Below, one piece after another: positions 61,838-64,000 of a DNA stretch of 64,000 bases. Each line of letters opens with the position of its first letter. Position 1 is the stretch's first letter. Source of the DNA: Poseidonia sp. (GTDB lineage: Archaea; Thermoplasmatota; Poseidoniia; Poseidoniales; Poseidoniaceae). A program made the position numbers and the translations under genes. The DNA is taken from contig JASLVM010000001.1 of the NCBI GenBank assembly GCA_030741355.1, positions 10,874 through 74,873 of the forward strand, given 5' to 3'. The notes beneath the pieces were generated by a model. That model made no database searches. It was not told the DNA's origin and worked only from the letters and a program-made list of their open reading frames with translations.

Positions 61838-64000
61838 CGCCCATTCCTCCTGATCTCCATGAACAAAGTTGCAGAAAACACGATGAAAATCATGGACAGA
61901 AATGACAGACTTGGCATCGCACCTTCAGAACCGGACGAGGATGATTCCTCGACCGTGACAAAGATGGAGGCAGACGGCTCAGAGGAAACCTCGTCCATGG
62001 TAGCAACCAGTCTGAAACGATGAAGACCCGATTCAAGATTTCCAACTTCCACAAAAGTAGAGGCCCCGTTGTAAACCTCGACAACATCGCCATCCGGCGT
62101 CTGCATCGTGACCAAATACGATTCGGCCTCGAACGGGTAGTCCCATGAAAGGAGAGCTGTCTCGCCTGAAGCAATGAACGATGCAGAAGCGGTCAAAACC
62201 GGCGTGGGTGGAAGGAATGCAACCTCAACGTCGAGCGTCGAACCAAGGAGCAAATAGTCAAGCGGCATGATGGCGTTGACCTGGTAGCGATAGATTCCAT
62301 CATCTCGGTTGCGAAGTTCGACCTCGGTCTCAACGCCTCGATAGACCTCGACGCCGTTTTCCAGCAGTTGATAGGCCTCAGCGCCAACGAATTCCGACCA
62401 TTGAATCTCGAAGGACTTCTCGGTTTGGACGGTGGTTTCGGTCAAGAATTCCGGGGTCTGAGGTGTGTTGAAAGCGGTCAACTCATGAATCACCATATCG
62501 GAATGTGACCCAGGGAGCCTGTCGATGATTTTGACATAGTTTTGGACTGTATCGTTGTACCAGAGCTCCCATGAAAGCACACCGTCCTCGTCGTCCTGAA
62601 TCGCAATGTACGTGCAATTGAACACACCTGCTGCCGTGGTGATGGCGACGTTGTGCTCTATCGATACCGAATTCAAGGTATCATCGTAGCCGTTGGGATG
62701 CCCCGGGACGCCGATGATGTTGGTTCGGTTGAAATGAAGGTGCGAGGGCGGTACATCACCGTACAGGCCCACCTCATTTTCCCCATCCGTCAACATCCAT
62801 CCCAGAGAACCTTCTTGGAAATAGCTGGAAGATGACGGGGCGTCAACCCAGTAGGTTTTCACCGGAAGATAGGTTTGAGTGTCAACCCAGCGGAACGCCT
62901 GCTCGCCCTCTTCGTACTGATCGTCCATGATTCGCAGCAAATAGGTTGAGCGAACCCTGCCAAAGGCGTCGGTGATGTCTTCCGTTCCGATGGCGGTGAG
63001 GGTTCGGTTTGAACGGTATTCAGGTGTATGGACCAAACTGTAATCCCAGGACATCCCAGAGGTCCAAGAGCCGTCAACGGATTCGGTGGGTAAGAACAAC
63101 ACCAACAGAGATGGAGCCGAAGGGTTACTTCCATTGGTGTTGTAAGACACCAAATAGAATTCAGAGGTGCCAGCGGAAGTTGCAATGTATTCAAAAGAGG
63201 TTGATGAGCCTCGATAGATTAAACCATTCTGGCTGATTTCTCCAACAAAGAGTTCCACGAAATCGGTGTGGGCACCGATGGTCCAAGCGATCTCAATTGG
63301 ACCCAGCGGCACGGACATCGCAGATTCGAGGAAGGTAGCGTTGCGCGGCAATTCCAAGGTCACGGAGGTCGTGTGGTTCAGCCAGTTTGCTCCGTGGTCG
63401 ACAAGCGTCGAAAGGTTCGAGGCGATCTCTTGTCCTGATTGCCTGAAGGTCAAATCGACTTCATCGCCTAGTTGCAGACCGTTGAGAAGGTAGAAGCCAT
63501 CGGCATTGGTCGTCGCTTGGGCACTTCCACTGGAGACCTCAACGTCCCGTGCTGGCGAACCGGCCGCATCCGAAAGGAACCCGAACACACTGTTTGTTCC
63601 CTCCTTGAATTGAAGGTGGTTCACGCGAGGGGTCGTGGCGGAACCCGGTTCCAAGCGCAAGCACATGACGAGTTGCTCGGAGGCAGACCCGCTCAGAGAG
63701 GTGGAGACGGTGTGATAATCTCCGGTGAGATAGGGTCCAAACTCCGCTCGCCCGTCGTTGAACACTTGGCTTTCGTTGCGTTCAAGCAACGAGACCGAAA
63801 CCGATTCACTTTGGTCAAGGAGGTCACCGTTTGCGTCCAGGGCATCGATTGTGATCCAATTATGACCTTCGTACCAGTCCAGGGTCGTATCGCCGTCGAT
63901 GAAAATGGTCCGGTAAGCCACCGTGTGCCCGTCGTTCATGAAGTAGGCCCTTACGGTGTGCTCGCCGGGCGTGATTCCCGGGAAGCTGTAAGTTCCATCG
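61834..64000 (-). CDS. Large beta-rich surface protein, C-terminally anchored; 5' end lies beyond the window
   Basis: The frame stays open upstream of the listed Met to nt 64000 (...GTYSFPGITPGEHTVRAYFMNDG). It has carboxypeptidase-regulatory-like GxYxF..L.PG.Y segments and FN3-like modules (EIQWSEFVGAEAYQL, LLSWDYPFEAESYLV). C-terminus SSSSGSEGAMPSLSFLSMIFIVFSATLFMEIRRNGR. Confidence 0.6.
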   Translation of the reverse strand, partial: DGTYSFPGITPGEHTVRAYFMNDGHTVAYRTIFIDGDTTLDWYEGHNWITIDALDANGDLLDQSESVSVSLLERNESQVFNDGRAEFGPYLTGDYHTVSTSLSGSASEQLVMCLRLEPGSATTPRVNHLQFKEGTNSVFGFLSDAAGSPARDVEVSSGSAQATTNADGFYLLNGLQLGDEVDLTFRQSGQEIASNLSTLVDHGANWLNHTTSVTLELPRNATFLESAMSVPLGPIEIAWTIGAHTDFVELFVGEISQNGLIYRGSSTSFEYIATSAGTSEFYLVSYNTNGSNPSAPSLLVLFLPTESVDGSWTSGMSWDYSLVHTPEYRSNRTLTAIGTEDITDAFGRVRSTYLLRIMDDQYEEGEQAFRWVDTQTYLPVKTYWVDAPSSSSYFQEGSLGWMLTDGENEVGLYGDVPPSHLHFNRTNIIGVPGHPNGYDDTLNSVSIEHNVAITTAAGVFNCTYIAIQDDEDGVLSWELWYNDTVQNYVKIIDRLPGSHSDMVIHELTAFNTPQTPEFLTETTVQTEKSFEIQWSEFVGAEAYQLLENGVEVYRGVETEVELRNRDDGIYRYQVNAIMPLDYLLLGSTLDVEVAFLPPTPVLTASASFIASGETALLSWDYPFEAESYLVTMQTPDGDVVEVYNGASTFVEVGNLESGLHRFRLVATMDEVSSEPSASIFVTVEESSSSGSEGAMPSLSFLSMIFIVFSATLFMEIRRNGR

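Noticed and set aside
57604-64000. The Fe/haem-type cluster looked AT-richer than the rest, which would suggest a genomic island.
   Set aside because: Hand counts on a few 60-nt lines gave about 42-57% GC in this cluster and about 48-63% elsewhere, with one phnE line near 40%. The ranges overlap, so I cannot establish a shift without a sliding-window GC and codon-usage computation. No integrase, tRNA or direct repeats flank the cluster.
1-64000. Search by eye of all spacers longer than 100 nt (2451..2608, 16494..16650, 23107..23228, 25748..25904, 41040..41146, 43283..43384, 53285..53425) for tRNA, rRNA, RNase P/SRP or C/D-box RNAs, and of all ORFs for transposases, integrases, toxin-antitoxin pairs or known defence genes.
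   Set aside because: No cloverleaf-compatible sequence, no conserved rRNA stretch and no mobile-element or defence signatures were recognised. This is a negative result from visual inspection only; tRNAscan-SE, Infernal and defence-system HMMs should confirm it.

Overview
This is a gene-dense 64-kb chromosomal segment, roughly 95% coding, with about 58 protein genes. By eye I found no rRNA, tRNA, CRISPR array, transposase or integrase.

The backbone is archaeal: rpoK, purP, the aspartate-semialdehyde (ADH) route to dehydroquinate (aroA'/aroB'), a GHMP-type shikimate kinase and the archaeal FAD synthetase RibL. It also carries many bacterial-type genes: gpsA, orn, kynA, ribE, a phn ABC transporter, a FecCD-type ABC transporter, acyl-CoA dehydrogenase and a fused 2-oxoacid dehydrogenase E1. 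There are many exported or anchored proteins as well, including a subtilisin and a thrombospondin-type-3 repeat protein. I infer, but cannot verify here, a marine planktonic euryarchaeote of the Marine Group II/Poseidoniales type.

Operons are tight. Stops and starts overlap by 1-4 nt (ATGA, GTGA, TGATG), and internal genes carry strong GGAGGTGA-like ribosome-binding sites.

Main blocks:
- aro operon plus aspartate kinase (6.3-11.5 kb)
- MoxR/DUF58 module (11.5-17.6 kb)
- three-subunit molybdenum hydroxylase (17.6-22 kb), with xdhC/mocA at 30.6-32.1 kb and a MoeZ-like E1 at 41-42 kb
- surface protease and a 1360-aa polytopic membrane protein (23.8-30 kb)
- REC-MFS-E1 operon (36-41 kb)
- riboflavin/FAD operon (51-53.3 kb)
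- phosphonate-type ABC genes, split across two loci

Best candidates for something new:
1. An operon at 57.6-64 kb encoding anchored surface protein, binding protein, permease, ATPase, flavodoxin and a HugZ-like protein. It reads as an Isd-like haem (or metal-chelate) capture, import and degradation system in an archaeon.
2. An 891-aa protein with the eukaryotic GPI-ethanolamine-phosphate-transferase architecture.
3. A membrane-tethered protein with a charged helix and two tandemly duplicated beta-sandwich domains, carrying a 113-nt gene-conversion-like tract.
4. The MoxR/DUF58/DUF4350-like module, which has an unusual Pro/Ala-repeat ATPase.
5. The giant polytopic membrane protein.

All family assignments come from motif recognition by eye and need HMM and structure checks.
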